Shown in pieces: positions 48,186-61,493 of a stretch of DNA of 64,000 nt; the stretch's first letter is position 1, and each line of letters begins with the position of its first letter. Source of the stretch: Takakia lepidozioides. Lineage: Eukaryota; Plantae; Bryophyta. The DNA is taken from positions 49,166,001-49,230,000 of the forward strand of contig CM060732.1 of assembly GCA_030704615.1 (NCBI GenBank), written 5' to 3'. The translations under genes were made by a program, and so were the position numbers. The notes beneath the pieces were generated by a model. The model was not told the origin of the DNA. It did no database searches and saw nothing but the letters and a program-made list of their open reading frames with translations.

Positions 48186-50080
48186 ATGTTTTTGGTGGAC
48201 TGGTTCTACAGCGTGCTTGCCACTCTAGGGCTGTGGCAGAAAGAGGCCAAAATCTTGTTCCTGGGGCTTGATAATGCTGGCAAAACTACGCTGCTGCACA
48301 TGCTCAAGGATGAGGTACGGGATGGGGCTCTCGAATCTCTTGTTTTGGTGTTTCTTTCTCTAAGGGAAGTTTGGTTCATTGATGAGAACGGGCAGAACGG
48401 GGAGAAGGCGATATGGATGAGTTAGTTTTAGATCTTGAGTGTTTGTGTTCGTGAGAGTTTTGCTTTGTGCCATGCCATGCATAGGGAGATAAGACTCTCG
48501 TGGGAGCGAAGGCCTGTCAAAGATCTACCCGTTTCTTCCTAATGAATCGGGAAGGGGTTAGGAGTATGTAGGGGCGTTGCGTAGGGGGAAAGGGGTAGGA
48601 GATCCTGGCTGAATTTTCTTTGAAAGATATTTTCCTTTCTTCCTTATGGTGGACGTGGACTGCTTACGAGATCTCCGAGGATTAGAAGAAAAAGCTAGAA
48701 AAGAGGGGTAAGAGAGGGACGTACGTTCTAAATCGGCTGAATTGGTGATGCATCTCTTGCTTACACATTCCGTGAGGATAGAAAGAGCAGAGAAAAGCAT
48801 TGGGGGTCAATTCCTGTTACCATGTAATTGTACCCCTCTTGCTTAAAGAGGGCTTGAATGTTTTCTGACATGCACACACACTGGATCCATGGCTTTCTAT
48901 GGTGTTGCAGAGGTTGGCGCAACATCAACCAACGCAGTATCCTACATCGGAGGAGTTGAGCATTGGAAAGATCAAGTTCAAAGCGTTTGACTTGGGTGGT
49001 CACCAGATTGCACGACGTGTTTGGAAGGACTACTATGCCAAGGTATGACCAGTCTGTTGTAGAACAATATAATAAGCTTAATTTGTTCCAAAGAGATGGA
49101 AAACTTGTATGCTTGGTGAAACAGGACGGGTTATATTCCTGGCTGATAGTCATGTGCCCTGAGTCGAAAGTACATTGAGTGGAAGTATATCGAGTGGCAG
49201 TTCCTAGGTTGTTCCTATTGCTTGAAGGGCAGCCTGCCTTGCTTTATCATCGATGCTGATTAAATTGGCCTTTCATAATACAAAATAGAGCGTTAGATTT
49301 TCGAAAGCGGCGCCCAAATGTCCACTACATTTGCAGATGTAAGCTTGGGGGGGGGGGGCAGAGAGAGATCTGTCTAGGGTTGAAGCAGACGAAAGTGCTA
49401 GATCATAGTATTGATAGTCCCGTCTTTCTGTCCTATGGATTGGGGGTATTGTTGTTGCATTGGATTTCTCACAGGAGCCGCTTTGCTGTAGGAGCACCTG
49501 GAACCTGCAGCACACGGTCATAGTGACTAATGAGGTCTTTTATGGTTTGTCTGGCTACAAATGTAGTGTAGGGTTCCAGTAATGATGGACAAGATCATGC
49601 ACATGACGTAGGAGCTATATGACAATTGTAGGAGCTATATCCTCCTCATACAATCGGTGATGGATTAGGGTTGTATGGAGACTGAACAGGGCTGTTCAAG
49701 TGTCTTCACTCTTAGTCCATGGCAGTCAGGCTTTAAACAATCATATGTTTCAAATACAGGTGGATGCCATAGTGTATTTGGTGGATGCAGCTGATAAAGA
49801 GAGGTTTGTGGAGTCAAAGAAGGAGCTGGATGCGCTACTTTCAGATGACTCACTGGGGCAAGTACCTTTTTTGATCCTGGGCAACAAGATTGATATCCCA
49901 TACGCAGCATCAGAAGATGAGCTGCGGTATTCACTGGGCCTCAGCAACTACACCACGGGCAAGGGCAAGGTGAACATGGGGGAGACCAACATGCGGCCAA
50001 TTGAAGTTTTCATGTGCAGTATTGTGCGTAAGATGGGCTATGGCGAGGGAATCCAGTGGATGTCCCAGTATATCAAGTAG
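48186..50080 (+). CDS. SAR1: Small GTPase SAR1 (COPII), 193 aa; exons 48186-48314, 48911-49042, 49760-50080
   Basis: [61 protein letters not shown] introns; spliced product is 43+44+106 aa. Confidence 0.98.
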
Positions 50081-51664
50081 CTCACCATCTTGTGGCAACT
50101 GGTGGGGGGTTGGAGTACTCGGCAGACGCTTTGTGTGGGAACAGTTTCAAGTTAGCCTAGGTTTGAGGCAGGGCACTCTCTCTGGATTGGTGCCATGTCC
50201 ATATTTGGTTAGTGCTGGGTGTAGAGTGGAGCTCGATTGTAACCCTTGTTACAGATTTTAGAAATCATCTAGTATACTTAAATGTTGATTTGCAGATGCT
50301 ATGTGTCACTGACATTTGTTGTCCACAACCATCTCTGGGTGCCGGCTCCTACGGTACCATTCATAGGTTCTTAGCAATCAAAAAACAGACTCTTTCTTGG
50401 CCAGTGAATCTACCATCAGTGGTAGTTCAGAATGTTGTTTTTGGGCATTCAGTGATCAGCGTCTACTGGTTAGTAAATGCGGATCAATGTTATTGCTTCA
50501 ATGGAAACAAGAGAATCTGTGTTAAAAGCAGTTTTGTTACTGGGTCATGTCCTTAATCTTTCCAGTGCAAAATCCCTTTCATATGGTGGAAGGGGTCTGT
50601 CGCTTACTGTCATGTTAGGAAGACAGGTGCAGTAGTTATCAGCTTTGGCTCAAATCTGTTTGATCATCCATTTTTCAGTATAGAAAACAAGCCTTTGGTG
50701 CTTTGCATGTCAGTTGTGCCTGCTTTCATAGGCAAAGCACTTGTGCAGCATCACCAAACTTGTCAACAGTATTTTTGGAGCTTTCCAAGATGGTTCTAAT
50801 ATATCGCATCGCTGCTCTGTTGCTCTGTTGCATGTCATTATTGGTTGGCACTATGGAGATAATGTGAGACACGAATGTGATGGTCAATCGTGATCTAATC
50901 CTTTGTAAACTTAAAGGTTAAGTCGTCCTAGCTGGGGAGTTGTCTGTATTTAGTAGCTCTGTCATGAGTGACAGTGTGGTAGGAAGGTGTGGTTGAACAT
51001 CTCTCACTGTTCGCATTCGTCATGAAACAACTTAGGGTCGATTCTGGTGCAACAAGGCCTAGGTGTCCTTAACTGGCATGTGCTCTCGCCATCTTGGTTG
51101 TCCACATCAATCTCCCTTCCTAGAATGTAGTATCATAGTTGATTATCTCTGGGCTTCCTGCCAAGAAAAATCATTGCAGATCGCAAAGAATCAGCCAGCA
51201 TGTCAGCATGTCTGGTTGACTTCATGTTGTGAAGTGTGTTGGAAGTGTGCATAACAGCACTTCTCCAATGTGATAGGTTAAGAGCCTGCATTGTAGGAAA
51301 GAAGATTAGATATACGAGGAGATGGTGTTGTGGTTTTGTTCATGCGCTTCTGTGGTGCTTCTCTCTGAGCTTAAATTTCAGTTGATATGATTGTTGAGCC
51401 TTGTGGGTGCTTCGAATGAGCATCGGGTAAGTTCCAATGACAGAATATAAAGCACCAAACACCAACGTTTCCACACCAAAAAGCTGAACCTAATACACCC
51501 GAAAGCTGAACCTAATACAAGTGTTGCGAGGATGCAGATGCAGGGTTGATCATGTCGTGGATCGTGTGTGCAGATGAGGAGTTTCAGAAGCTTTCGATCC
51601 ATCTTTATTCCTGAGAACTGGATCTCAGGTTCCAGCAGATTCTGGGCAGTGTCATGCCAGCGCT

Positions 51665-52993
51665 ATGAGTGGGAAGCCCAGCCATGCTAGAGTGTATGCG
51701 GCTCTGCTGGAGCCTGGAAATGAGGATGCCTCCTATATCGCCATGCGCCGCCTACTGATCTACCGGAAGGCCCTTGCAGGCAGTCTGCTGCGACACGAAT
51801 GGAAGTTGAATGGGAGTGGTTACTTGGTAATCCGTGAGTACATACGGCAGCTTAAGCAGTCGGAGAAATCACACCCGACAAGTCCTTTCAGTGCTCCCGG
51901 AGAAATTGGGCCATGGGCATCTTACGAGATGAGCAGCTGGAACTCAAGTAAGGGGGGTAGTGCAGTCAGTGAATCCGGAGCTGCAGAGATTGCCTCTGAG
52001 CCGGGCTACTCATTTGTTGGTATGCATTGCGTTTTTGACGATTGCAAGGCTTCGGTAAATGTTGTGAAGTTTGGGCATATGAGCTCAGATCTGTTGGCGT
52101 ATGCTGCAGCAGATGGCAGCATCACCCTGTGCAATGTGCTGCTCCCGCCTCGTGTTCTGCATCGTCTAAAGGGCCACACCAAAGAAGTCACAGACTTGGA
52201 TTGGTCACTGAACAACCAGTACTTGAGCTCGTCATCGATGGATAAGAGCGTGAGGGTTTGGGATGTAAAGAACGGGGACTGCCTGCGCGTCATCTATGGC
52301 ACCTCTCCTCAGCTCTGCATTCGATTCCATCCTGTAAACAACAACTTTCTCCTTGTGGGAAACGGGAATAAACAGATAGTGGTGTTCAACTTTAGCACTG
52401 GTCGCATCTTGCATAGGCTCTCTCTTGACAGCAACATCACTGCTATGGACATCGACCAGGCAGGCCACGTTATCTTTGCGGGAGATTCAAAGGGTTGCAT
52501 TCACAGTGTGAGCTTGCAGATACACAAAGAGCATTTCCTTAGGCATTCACATCGCATTGCAATGGTTGGGCTGCGCAAATCGGCCACCACCACCGTCCAG
52601 TTTCGCATCTTCTCCCGCTTGGCCAATGGGCCTGTTCTCCTCGCCGCCACCCAAGATGGCAGCCTGCGGTTCTTCAGCGTTGCATTGCCAGTACAAGGCT
52701 ACCTTTCTCTCAAGTGCTCCCTTCAGCTTCCCCCTCGTGCAAGAAACATCCGGGCCTCTTTCTGCCCTCTTCTTTCATTACAGAAGGGGGAGTTCATAGT
52801 GTCGGGGCATGAGGATGCAAACGTCTATTTCTACGACTTCACGCGCCCCAAGCATCCGTGTGTGAACAAGCTCCAGGGCCATGGTGTGCCAGTGGTTGGA
52901 GTGGCATGGAATCACGGGGAAAACTTGTTGGCATCCTCCGACTGCGAAGGTGTAGTCATCGTCTGGAAACGAGCCAAGGCTGCGGCAAGGTAG
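51665..52993 (+). CDS. WD40-repeat protein, WDR13-like, single-exon CDS (442 aa)
   Basis: YIAMRRLL N-terminus, YSFVGMHCVFD, GH..EVTDLDWS, SSSMDKSVRVWD, ASFCPLLS, CVNKLQGH, LASSDCEGVVIVWKR. Uninterrupted ORF. Confidence 0.9.
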   Translation: MSGKPSHARVYAALLEPGNEDASYIAMRRLLIYRKALAGSLLRHEWKLNGSGYLVIREYIRQLKQSEKSHPTSPFSAPGEIGPWASYEMSSWNSSKGGSAVSESGAAEIASEPGYSFVGMHCVFDDCKASVNVVKFGHMSSDLLAYAAADGSITLCNVLLPPRVLHRLKGHTKEVTDLDWSLNNQYLSSSSMDKSVRVWDVKNGDCLRVIYGTSPQLCIRFHPVNNNFLLVGNGNKQIVVFNFSTGRILHRLSLDSNITAMDIDQAGHVIFAGDSKGCIHSVSLQIHKEHFLRHSHRIAMVGLRKSATTTVQFRIFSRLANGPVLLAATQDGSLRFFSVALPVQGYLSLKCSLQLPPRARNIRASFCPLLSLQKGEFIVSGHEDANVYFYDFTRPKHPCVNKLQGHGVPVVGVAWNHGENLLASSDCEGVVIVWKRAKAAAR

Positions 52994-53746
52994 CTTTACC
53001 CCCCACCCCCACCATCATCTTTCTCTTCTTCTAGGCAAACTCTACACACACCGGATTGGGAAATCACCCAAAACAACTTCAGACTATTCTATTCCGAATG
53101 TCAGCTCGGCTGCTGCATTCCTCATGCCTACTGCCGTCACTCGTCTTTCTTTCTTAAACTTTACTTACTTTTCAGTAGAATGAGCGCAGGTAGTTACGAA
53201 AAGTGCTGCCTCTTCACTCTGAACAATCTTAGTACAGAACAACATCAACATGCACTGGCACCCCTTTTGTGCTTCATCAGAACATTTCATCGGATTTTTT
53301 CTTCATCATCAGTGACCTTTGAGTACTCTGATTGTGTGAACATTCTGCTTCATCATCACTCCATAAGTAGCATGCCTCAACATCTGTTATTGATTCAATG
53401 CACATTTCACGTCAATGCTGAGAGCCGGCTTGGCAGTAAACAGACACTACTCGGTGGATAATTTTTGGGAAGTGAAATTCTGCCTAGAGTTTTTGAAACT
53501 AAGGGAGATTTGGGGTAATAAGGGCAACTGGATGCTGGTAGGAATAAGCTGGCATCATTACTTGTTCATGATTTGTCACAAATTCTCCTCAGTTTGCTCC
53601 ATGCTTTGATTGTATCAGCACTCTACATGAGAAATAACTGATGGTGTCCATCAGCCTCAAAAAGCTACTTTATTGTAATGAAGGTAATTGGCCTGTCCTA
53701 AGTCCTAACCAGTGTGGTGTATCAGTCGAGGTACTGGTATTCCACT

Positions 53747-54892
53747 TTAACCCGCAAGTGTCAAACCGACCCGTTTTGGCTTAGCTTAACCAGCCATAAC
53801 TTCCTGTGGTTAAGGCTGATTGGCCCTTTTTTGGGCTCAATCGACAGATAATCGGGCCCCTTTCATATGACATTGGCCAATTGGTCAATGCTTGAAGGGG
53901 TAGGGGTCTGGACCAATTGGAAGGGGGCCAACTCAGCTTTTTGAGGCCATTTTGGTACCCCTAACCTGCCCAAGTTGCTGACATGGCAACTGCGGTCAGG
54001 TTAGGGTGAATGAATGATACCCCATAAAGGGATGGGCGGCACGCTTGCCCAAACCCATTGATTGCCCGGCAGGGGGTATGGTGGTCTGGGTATTCCCAGG
54101 CCTGCGCCCTAACCTGAGATCGACGGCGATGGAAGCTCCGGCCAACACCATGGGCTCTCCCATGGTGGGTGGGCCAAACCTGGGGCGGTGGTTTCATAGG
54201 GTTGAGGGGGAGTTGGGCCCCATGAAAGCAGGGCCGGGTAGCGAGAGGAGTTCCCAAACCCCGTGCCCTTCTGGGCTACGGCTCCAAATATCCTAGGCCT
54301 GCAGGCTATAACATAGGTGTGCCATTTTAAGTCTTGGGCAGGGAACCTAAAGATGCGGTGGCATTGGCTGATTGGTCCCAAAGTTTTCGGGGACTTCATG
54401 TGAATGCCGTGACATCTCAACAGGAATTGACCGGCTGTTTTTTTATGTATAATTTTAGGAAGAGAGATTTTTCCCTGCCCAAAGAAAATGGCATATTTGA
54501 ACCCCCCAATTTGTCACTACAAAGGAGCCCACTTGAGAACGTTTCAGAAAAAACTGAAAAATTATGAGAATGTGTGTTATCAGGTATGGAACAACATTCT
54601 TGAGACTCTCAAAAAGAAAAAATTAAAACTGCCCAAATACGAGCAAAAAACTGCTTGACACCTAGTTCTTAGTGGAGATTTTTTTTTGTCCCCACTCTAC
54701 ACTTCATAATCTTCAGATCTGGCGGTTGGATTTTGATGAAACTTTTTGTAGTAGGAGGTGGGGTAGGTGGGAAGTAATTCCAACGGTCAGTTTCACAGGG
54801 ACACATATTCTCCAGATGAAAAAAGTTTTTGTGGGCCAGGGTCATGTTTTTCCACGAGAGGGTGAAAATGAGTTATGGCACTTAATGGTTAA
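53747..54892. mobile_element. Non-autonomous DNA transposon bounded by TTAA (piggyBac-like), copy 2
   Basis: Left end TTAA-CCCGCAAGTGTC; right end reverse complement TTAA-CCATTAAGTGCC (imperfect TIR). Diverged homology to 4115-5745 in opposite orientation. Confidence 0.6.
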
Positions 54893-55821
54893 CAACTTCG
54901 TAGGTACTCAGCTGGTATGAGTTACTCAGAAATTTTCAAATTTGTAAGGACCGCACCTAGTATGAATAATGCGATGATATTCTCCAGCTATAAACTGAAA
55001 AATTAGTAGCAGTCAACAAGATGGTCTCTGGATAATGTACATTCAACTCAACTGTAAGTGTAAGCACATCAATCATCTCCTCATTACCAGTGTTGGGCGG
55101 TTCTTGCCTTTGTGAAGGAACCTTCGGTTCCGGTTCCACAAATTTTTGAAGAGACGGTTCCGGGTCCGGATCCGGTTATTTTTTATTAAGGCGGTTCCGG
55201 TCCGGTTCAGGTTCTGACTTTTTAACATGGGGGCGGTTCCGGTTACCGGTTAGTTGCTGGAAAAAAAACGCCGGTTCCCGGTTAGGTTCCGGTTCTTTTT
55301 TAAAAATATATTAAATTCTTTTAATTTTTTATTCTTCTAGAAAATTAGATGAACTAATCTGATTGGTTCATACTGAGAATTTTCAACTAAAACCAGGGAA
55401 TTTATTAGTAAAACAGAAGTAAATAAACTTATATGTTTTTTGTGATTGTCTTTTATGGTATATATAACTAGTTATATACGCATGGTCTCCATTAAAAACG
55501 GAAAACCAGAGATTTTATAAGTTGTTGTATGGTGTAGCAAAGAACAACTAAAACAGACTAACTACATAAGGATCTTAATTCAAAATACAAAACAAATTAA
55601 ACATGTGTAATTCTATGGTTACCTTTTATGGTGCAGCAAAAGCACAACTAAAAAAAACTACATAAATTTGTGTTTTATGGATGATGCTTTGTCAATATAG
55701 CATATAACAAACTAAGTACACGGGATGTCACTGAAATTTTCAATAAAAATGACAAATAAACAAACTCCAATCAAAGGAGTATAGTGTAATATGTTGAACA
55801 ATTATTTGTCTCTAAGACAAA

Positions 55822-58197
55822 TCAGTCTACCTCAAAGAGGTTTGCCTCTGCAATCAAGTCCTCATTCTCATCTAAGATGACTTCTTCCCTATCCAAAAAC
55901 TCTTTCATGGAAGTACTAAAGCAACCAACTCTAGCATCATTTGGCCAATTCTTGACTACACTCACAAGCATATCAAGGTTTTCAATATTTAACCTGCACC
56001 GTCTCAAGTTTGTTATGACACCTGCAATACTAAAAACCCTCTCAGCTTCAATCCTGAGATCCAACTATGCCCAAAATTAGCCGTGCCAAAAATCCCACAT
56101 ACGGAAAGAGAGACTCGTGTTCTTTCCACCATTTCAAAGGAGCCACGCACTCACCTTCATTTATCTTCGTCCTTCTGAAATGTGATAGTTATTCTCTCAC
56201 CACTGTCAATGTCATGTCTTCATTGTGGTCATGCACACCAAATAAGGACATCTCGTCCATTGTGGCAGTGGGCTGTGATTTGGCCGAAGTATCCGGATGT
56301 AAGACCTTGAAACACTTTACCAAAAGAGGCTCTAACACCATACTATCATATTGGGACACAATATGCAAAGCACGCTCTTTGCCCACATATTGTGATACCA
56401 ATGACAACCCCTTGTAACGTGGGTCAAGCATAAGTGCGAGCATATTGTGAGCTTTGCGCGATTGAAACCCTTCCAAAAAAGAAAGAAATGGTTCCAAGAC
56501 ATATACCACCTCTCGAGCCATCCGCCATTCCAACAATGTCAACTCTGTTGAGAAATCCCCCATGCAATGATCCACAGTTGCAGCCCCCCAGCACTACTTC
56601 CTCGCATGCGAATTGTTGTGGCAATGGCTGCATTAAGAGCATCGGACAACAGCCAAAATCCCCCAGATTGATTCATAATGCACTCATGAACCACAGGCCC
56701 TAGAACTGTAGAAATTGATTGGGCAATGGCCCACACTTGTGGACTTGGTATGCGAGATTGCAGTGCCAATGAGGTTTGCCTAGAGTAACAAGTGATTATG
56801 GCTTGCCTAAACTCCAAAGTCTCTTGGAAGAGGATCACCTTGGAAGCAAACCGTGTCTTCACCGGAGTCTTCAGTTTGCGGGGATGAATGCCGCTGTCCA
56901 CACATGCCTTTGCCCATTCTTGTCTCCCTTTGCCACTTTTTTTGGTCCAAGTAATGGTTTTTTGCAACTCTGATTGGGCATTTTTTATAGAAACCGATCT
57001 CATATCTGCGCATACTTTTGCATCATTTGTTGCATACTGGCAACACTTGGACATTGCATGCCCAAAACAGCTACCCACAAATGGAGAATCCAACCCCAAA
57101 CACGCACATGAGACCACCGAATTCAAAGCATTGGTCAAAGTGGCCAAGTTACCTCTCTCATCTTTGACGTAAGCAATAATGCGAGTATTGAGGTCATACT
57201 TCACAAGAAGATTGTTGACTTGATGTGCCATGGCAGCCCCAGATGTGTCAGGTGTCTCAAACATGCCAAGAGTCACATGACATTGCTCCCACTGTTCATT
57301 AATAAAGTGCGCTATGATGACAAAAGTGTCAGTTCCCCCTCTTGACATCCACAAATCAAAACTCACGGAGCAAGTAGCACAACTTTGAAGAGATGGGGAC
57401 ATGTAGCGCTCTTTCGTCTTCTCTGCCAAGATTGGAATGGCCTCATTCACAAATGTCCGTCGAGAAGGGAAAACAATCCGAGGATTTTGCCTCAACACCA
57501 TCCTTCTTAGCCAAGGGGATTCTACCAAAGACAGTGGAACCAACTCCTTTGCAATGAATAAGACTAAATCCTCATTGAACTGCTTCTGTTGATCATCATT
57601 TTGGTTGTATGGAGTGGGGCTCCTCAAAAAAGAAGCTATGTTTCCAGGAGTGGGGCCGGGCCTCTTTTTGGCTGGCCTACGGGCCTTCTCAGGTCCAAGA
57701 TTTTCCCTCTCAATCCACCTACGCAAAACAATGTCATGTTCTTGATCCACATGCTTTCGAAGGGCAGAGATACCATTGGTTTTATTATAGGTCACAATGC
57801 CCTTCTTACTTTCAGGAGTGACACCAACAGGATGACATAGAACACACCTCATTTGTTGTGGATTTGTTATGTCCACTGGAGCAGAGTCTTTTGTTGCATA
57901 GAATGCCCATGTCGAAGCAGTGCGATTGTGGGGTTTCCAAAAATCCCGTTGTTTGTCAAGGATTGGGAGCTGCGCCTCCACATCCAACACCGTGTGTGAT
58001 GGCGAAACTGTGGAAGATGACATTGCAGCCGAGGCTTGATGAGCTGATGTAAATGAGGCTTCATGATGAGCATCCTCCGCAACATGGCACTCCACCAAAG
58101 CTCTCTCATTATCAACATTCATGTCAAGAACAACTTCCCTTTCTAGTTCATCGAAAATATTGGGCTCCATGACATAAAAAGCTTGTGGAACAACTCC
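55822..58197 (-). pseudogene. hAT transposase (BED finger, DDE core, hATC dimerisation domain), frameshifted
   Basis: STWAFY..CVLC..LRKH...H; SFDLWM; YVKD; CFGH; KTRF; LMLDPRYK; WWK...FP....LAR; EAERVFS. Frameshifts near 56570, 56190 and 56060. Confidence 0.92.
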
Positions 58198-58829
58198 TGT
58201 GTAAAAGCAATGCAAACAAAGAATCCAAAAGGCATTTAATAATTGTGCACAACTCATATATTTACAACTAAAAATGTAAACAACTAAAAAAATAAAGCTC
58301 AATGAAAGGGAGTTACAGGCGGGTAATGGTGGCTGGTTGGCAGGTCCCTCCCTACTTTGGGCTCCCTCCCTCTCATGCAGAATCTGCTATAAGAGAAGCC
58401 AAAGGGGCTATCTCATCAACCCCCAATTGTATCAAGAATTATAAAATTTTAAAGAAAGGGAAGATACTTACCAGTGATGATCAATGTGGGCTGGTTGGCG
58501 GGCCCCTCTTTGCTTGTGCTCCCTCCAATATAAAATCTACCATAGTGGAGCAAGGGCTATCAGCCCCTTGGTATATCATCAAAGAAAACAGGAAAAAGAA
58601 AAAGAAAAAAAAAGAATGATGATCAATGATTACCATGGACCAAGGGGCCTGGTTGCAGGTGGGCCCTCCTTGCTCGTCCTCCTAAACTTGTGCACCACAT
58701 GCCATAGCAGAAAAGGAGGAAGCTGATTAGCTTCATGGTGAACTAAAGCTAAAAACAGTAAAATAACCAAAAGTGGTGGATGCTTACCAACGTCACTAAC
58801 TCTACTTGCTACAGCATTGACATCCACTC

Positions 58830-60143
58830 GATTGCTTAGATCATTCTCTTTTGAAAAGCCCTCTTCAGTAGCTGAACAGCACTTGGAGACGACTGGATGA
58901 CTAAATCACTGACAACCAAGACCAGGATGACTTTCAAGTGAAGACAGCCAGAATGCAGTGCCACGTGGAGTAGCCAGAAACTATGAACGAGAGAACCCCT
59001 GAAGGAGAGGATGGAAGAGACGGGGGGATGGCTGCTCACATACCTCCTCTCGCCAGTCAACATTGTTCAAGATTCCCTGACACACAGCGAAAAGAGGAAC
59101 ACCCTCGTACAAAACCTGCATAAGCACCTTATTCAGCTCCACCTGCAGCTGTCCTACCATCCCACAATACAACTTCTTGGAAATGAACAGTGCGGAGACC
59201 CCTCACAACATGGTGAAAATCAATTCTGCCAATATAATAACCCACAGAATGGTGAACAAAAGAAAAGGGGGTTACCTCACTCGCTGCAAAACCTGGGTAA
59301 ATCTGGAAGGAGCTCACTGAGTGCCCGTGGTTCAAACACATTTCCCAAAAGTATGTGTGCACCTGCCACATATATAGGAACAGTCAGGCGCCGAGGTTCT
59401 GTATAAATCTCTGTTGCACGATGAACAACATTGATCATGGCAATAGACACTGAGGCAAGGAAGCAACCTACTGTCATTACGCCCCAACCAACTTGCTATC
59501 CATTATGTGCTGCAAAAGTACAGATTGGTCATACAAAGCTAGCCTGGCTGTCATCCAGATTGTACAACTAAGCACCGTACAAGAGAGGGGCAGAAGCTGA
59601 CCTCTTTCTGGGTTAATTCTTCTCGGTTGGTCTGAATTCATCTAGATTATGTAGCTAGCACAGAAGCGAAGAAGTGGCAAATTTGTTGACCAAAACCTGC
59701 AGAATCTATCTCACTGTACAACCGATTTGATCTTCGGGGAGCAGCAGCAGTTGTTGGTCTATTTCTTCGCTGCTCCAATATATTGTCCAGGTGACTCGAT
59801 GTGGGCCATTCTGCACTTGCGCTGTCTGAGTCAATACACTTGTCTTGCTGCTCGCTCTAGATAAGCAAATTACTCATAGGGCCCTCGTTCTGAACAGCAC
59901 ATGGGTAAGCGCATTGATCTTTCGTGTTATGATGCAGGGGCATGCTCTCCGAGGTGGGATTAATCAGAACAGGAAGGTGAAGAGGGACAGGGAGGGGGTT
60001 CTGGAAGGCTAAGCTGCAGCATCAACTTGCACTGGCCTATTAACCAGGATTAGCCATGCCAGACACAGACCCTGCCTGCAGGGGGGCCTTTCCCTCAGAG
60101 AGGGCGTACCTCACGCTGGTGAAGCCACGAGAGAAACAAGAGA
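58830..60143. mobile_element. Highly decayed retroelement-like sequence nested in the hAT
   Basis: Weak L1-like remnants only (e.g. RALVLNS near 59880). It is the insertion target of the LINE at 60144 and continues after 61508. Confidence 0.25.
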
Positions 60144-61493
60144 TTGTACTCATAAGACGTTGTTTGCCGTAGCCTTGTGGCCATTGACCCCGCGCCCAGT
60201 TTGAGCGGGAACAAAAGGAACAGAACCTACCTCCGTCAGGGGCTGACGTTGGTAGTAAGACTTACCATCGTATAAGGAATTAATCCGGGTTTTCCAGATA
60301 TCCTCTACAAAACCCTTCACACAAGCATCAATCTGCTGTGTGTGATTTGCCCAAAAACTAGGCCTCAGGAGGGCCTGGGCTTTTGGCTCAGCCTCGAGAC
60401 TTTCAAAGTTGGTAAATAGGGGTACAGGCACAATTCCCTTGATAAAATTGAAGAGAGCCTCTCTTTGGTGAGAGAACCCCGGACAGCGTATCAGAAAATG
60501 AATACTGTCTTCAGATTGCCCACAGAACGGACAATTGCACTCTCCCTTTCCTCTCTGCTTCTGTTTGCTGTTCAAAGGTAGGCTTCCTGCCCTGAGTTTA
60601 AATTTCAGTCTAGTGCCGAGAGTGGGTAGACCCTTGAGGTCATCCAAGATGTCCACCCCCATGTCACTGACTGGAAACAAGTTCAGGGAAGTTCTCTACG
60701 TAACTTCATTTTCATCAGACAATCTCAAGGCAACAGACATGGCCTCAGACACTACAGCCTCTAAGGCAGATTTATCCAACAGGGTCAAGAATGGCGGATC
60801 CAGATCCAGGTCCTTGAGAATCTTTTCTACTCTCTTCTGCCAGGACTTAGCCTGTTTGACAGGGCGGTCTTGTTTCCAAGATATAGAGTCGATCAACTTA
60901 GGATATCTGGTGTTGGGCATATGTTGCAGCTGACCCCACCATCTGACCTTGAATTCATCTCGTCGGGAGCTTAAGGATGGAATGCCAAACTCACCCCGAA
61001 CAGCCACATTGGCTGTTTTGGAGCATGCTGACATACACTCCTTAAGCACCCCCACTTGAATGGATTCTAGAGACTTAGCCTGGTTGGAGTTATCAACCCA
61101 TACAGCAGATCCGTACTCCAAGGCAGGTCTAATAACGCGACAAAGCATGGTTTTCTTAACCTCAGAGGTGACCCCTCTGCAGTGGAAAAATTTAGTGAGC
61201 CCCAGAGCTTTGCCCTTGCCAGTTTGAACAACTTTCCGGATATGTGCATCCTAACTACAAACGGAGGAAAACTCAACGCCCAGGTAAGTGTAGGAAGGGA
61301 GGACCGGAATCTCTTGGCTACCCCACTGCCACAAGATCACTTCCTCCCTCTCCTCTGTCGTTGAATGCTACCACTGCACATTTGCTGACATCCAGGAAAA
61401 AAACATAAGTGGGTTTCCCTTCTTTTTTCCTTCCCTGAATAATCTGGCTTAGAGTGAAGATATGATCCACACAGCCCCTGTTTCGCCGAAAGC
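60144..61493 (-). mobile_element. 5'-truncated, internally deleted second copy of the RTE-X-like LINE, 16-bp TSD
   Basis: Close match to 32435-34180. TSD cgagagaaacaagaga at 60128-60143 and 61508-61523. RT core removed at an atgtca microhomology. Confidence 0.95.
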
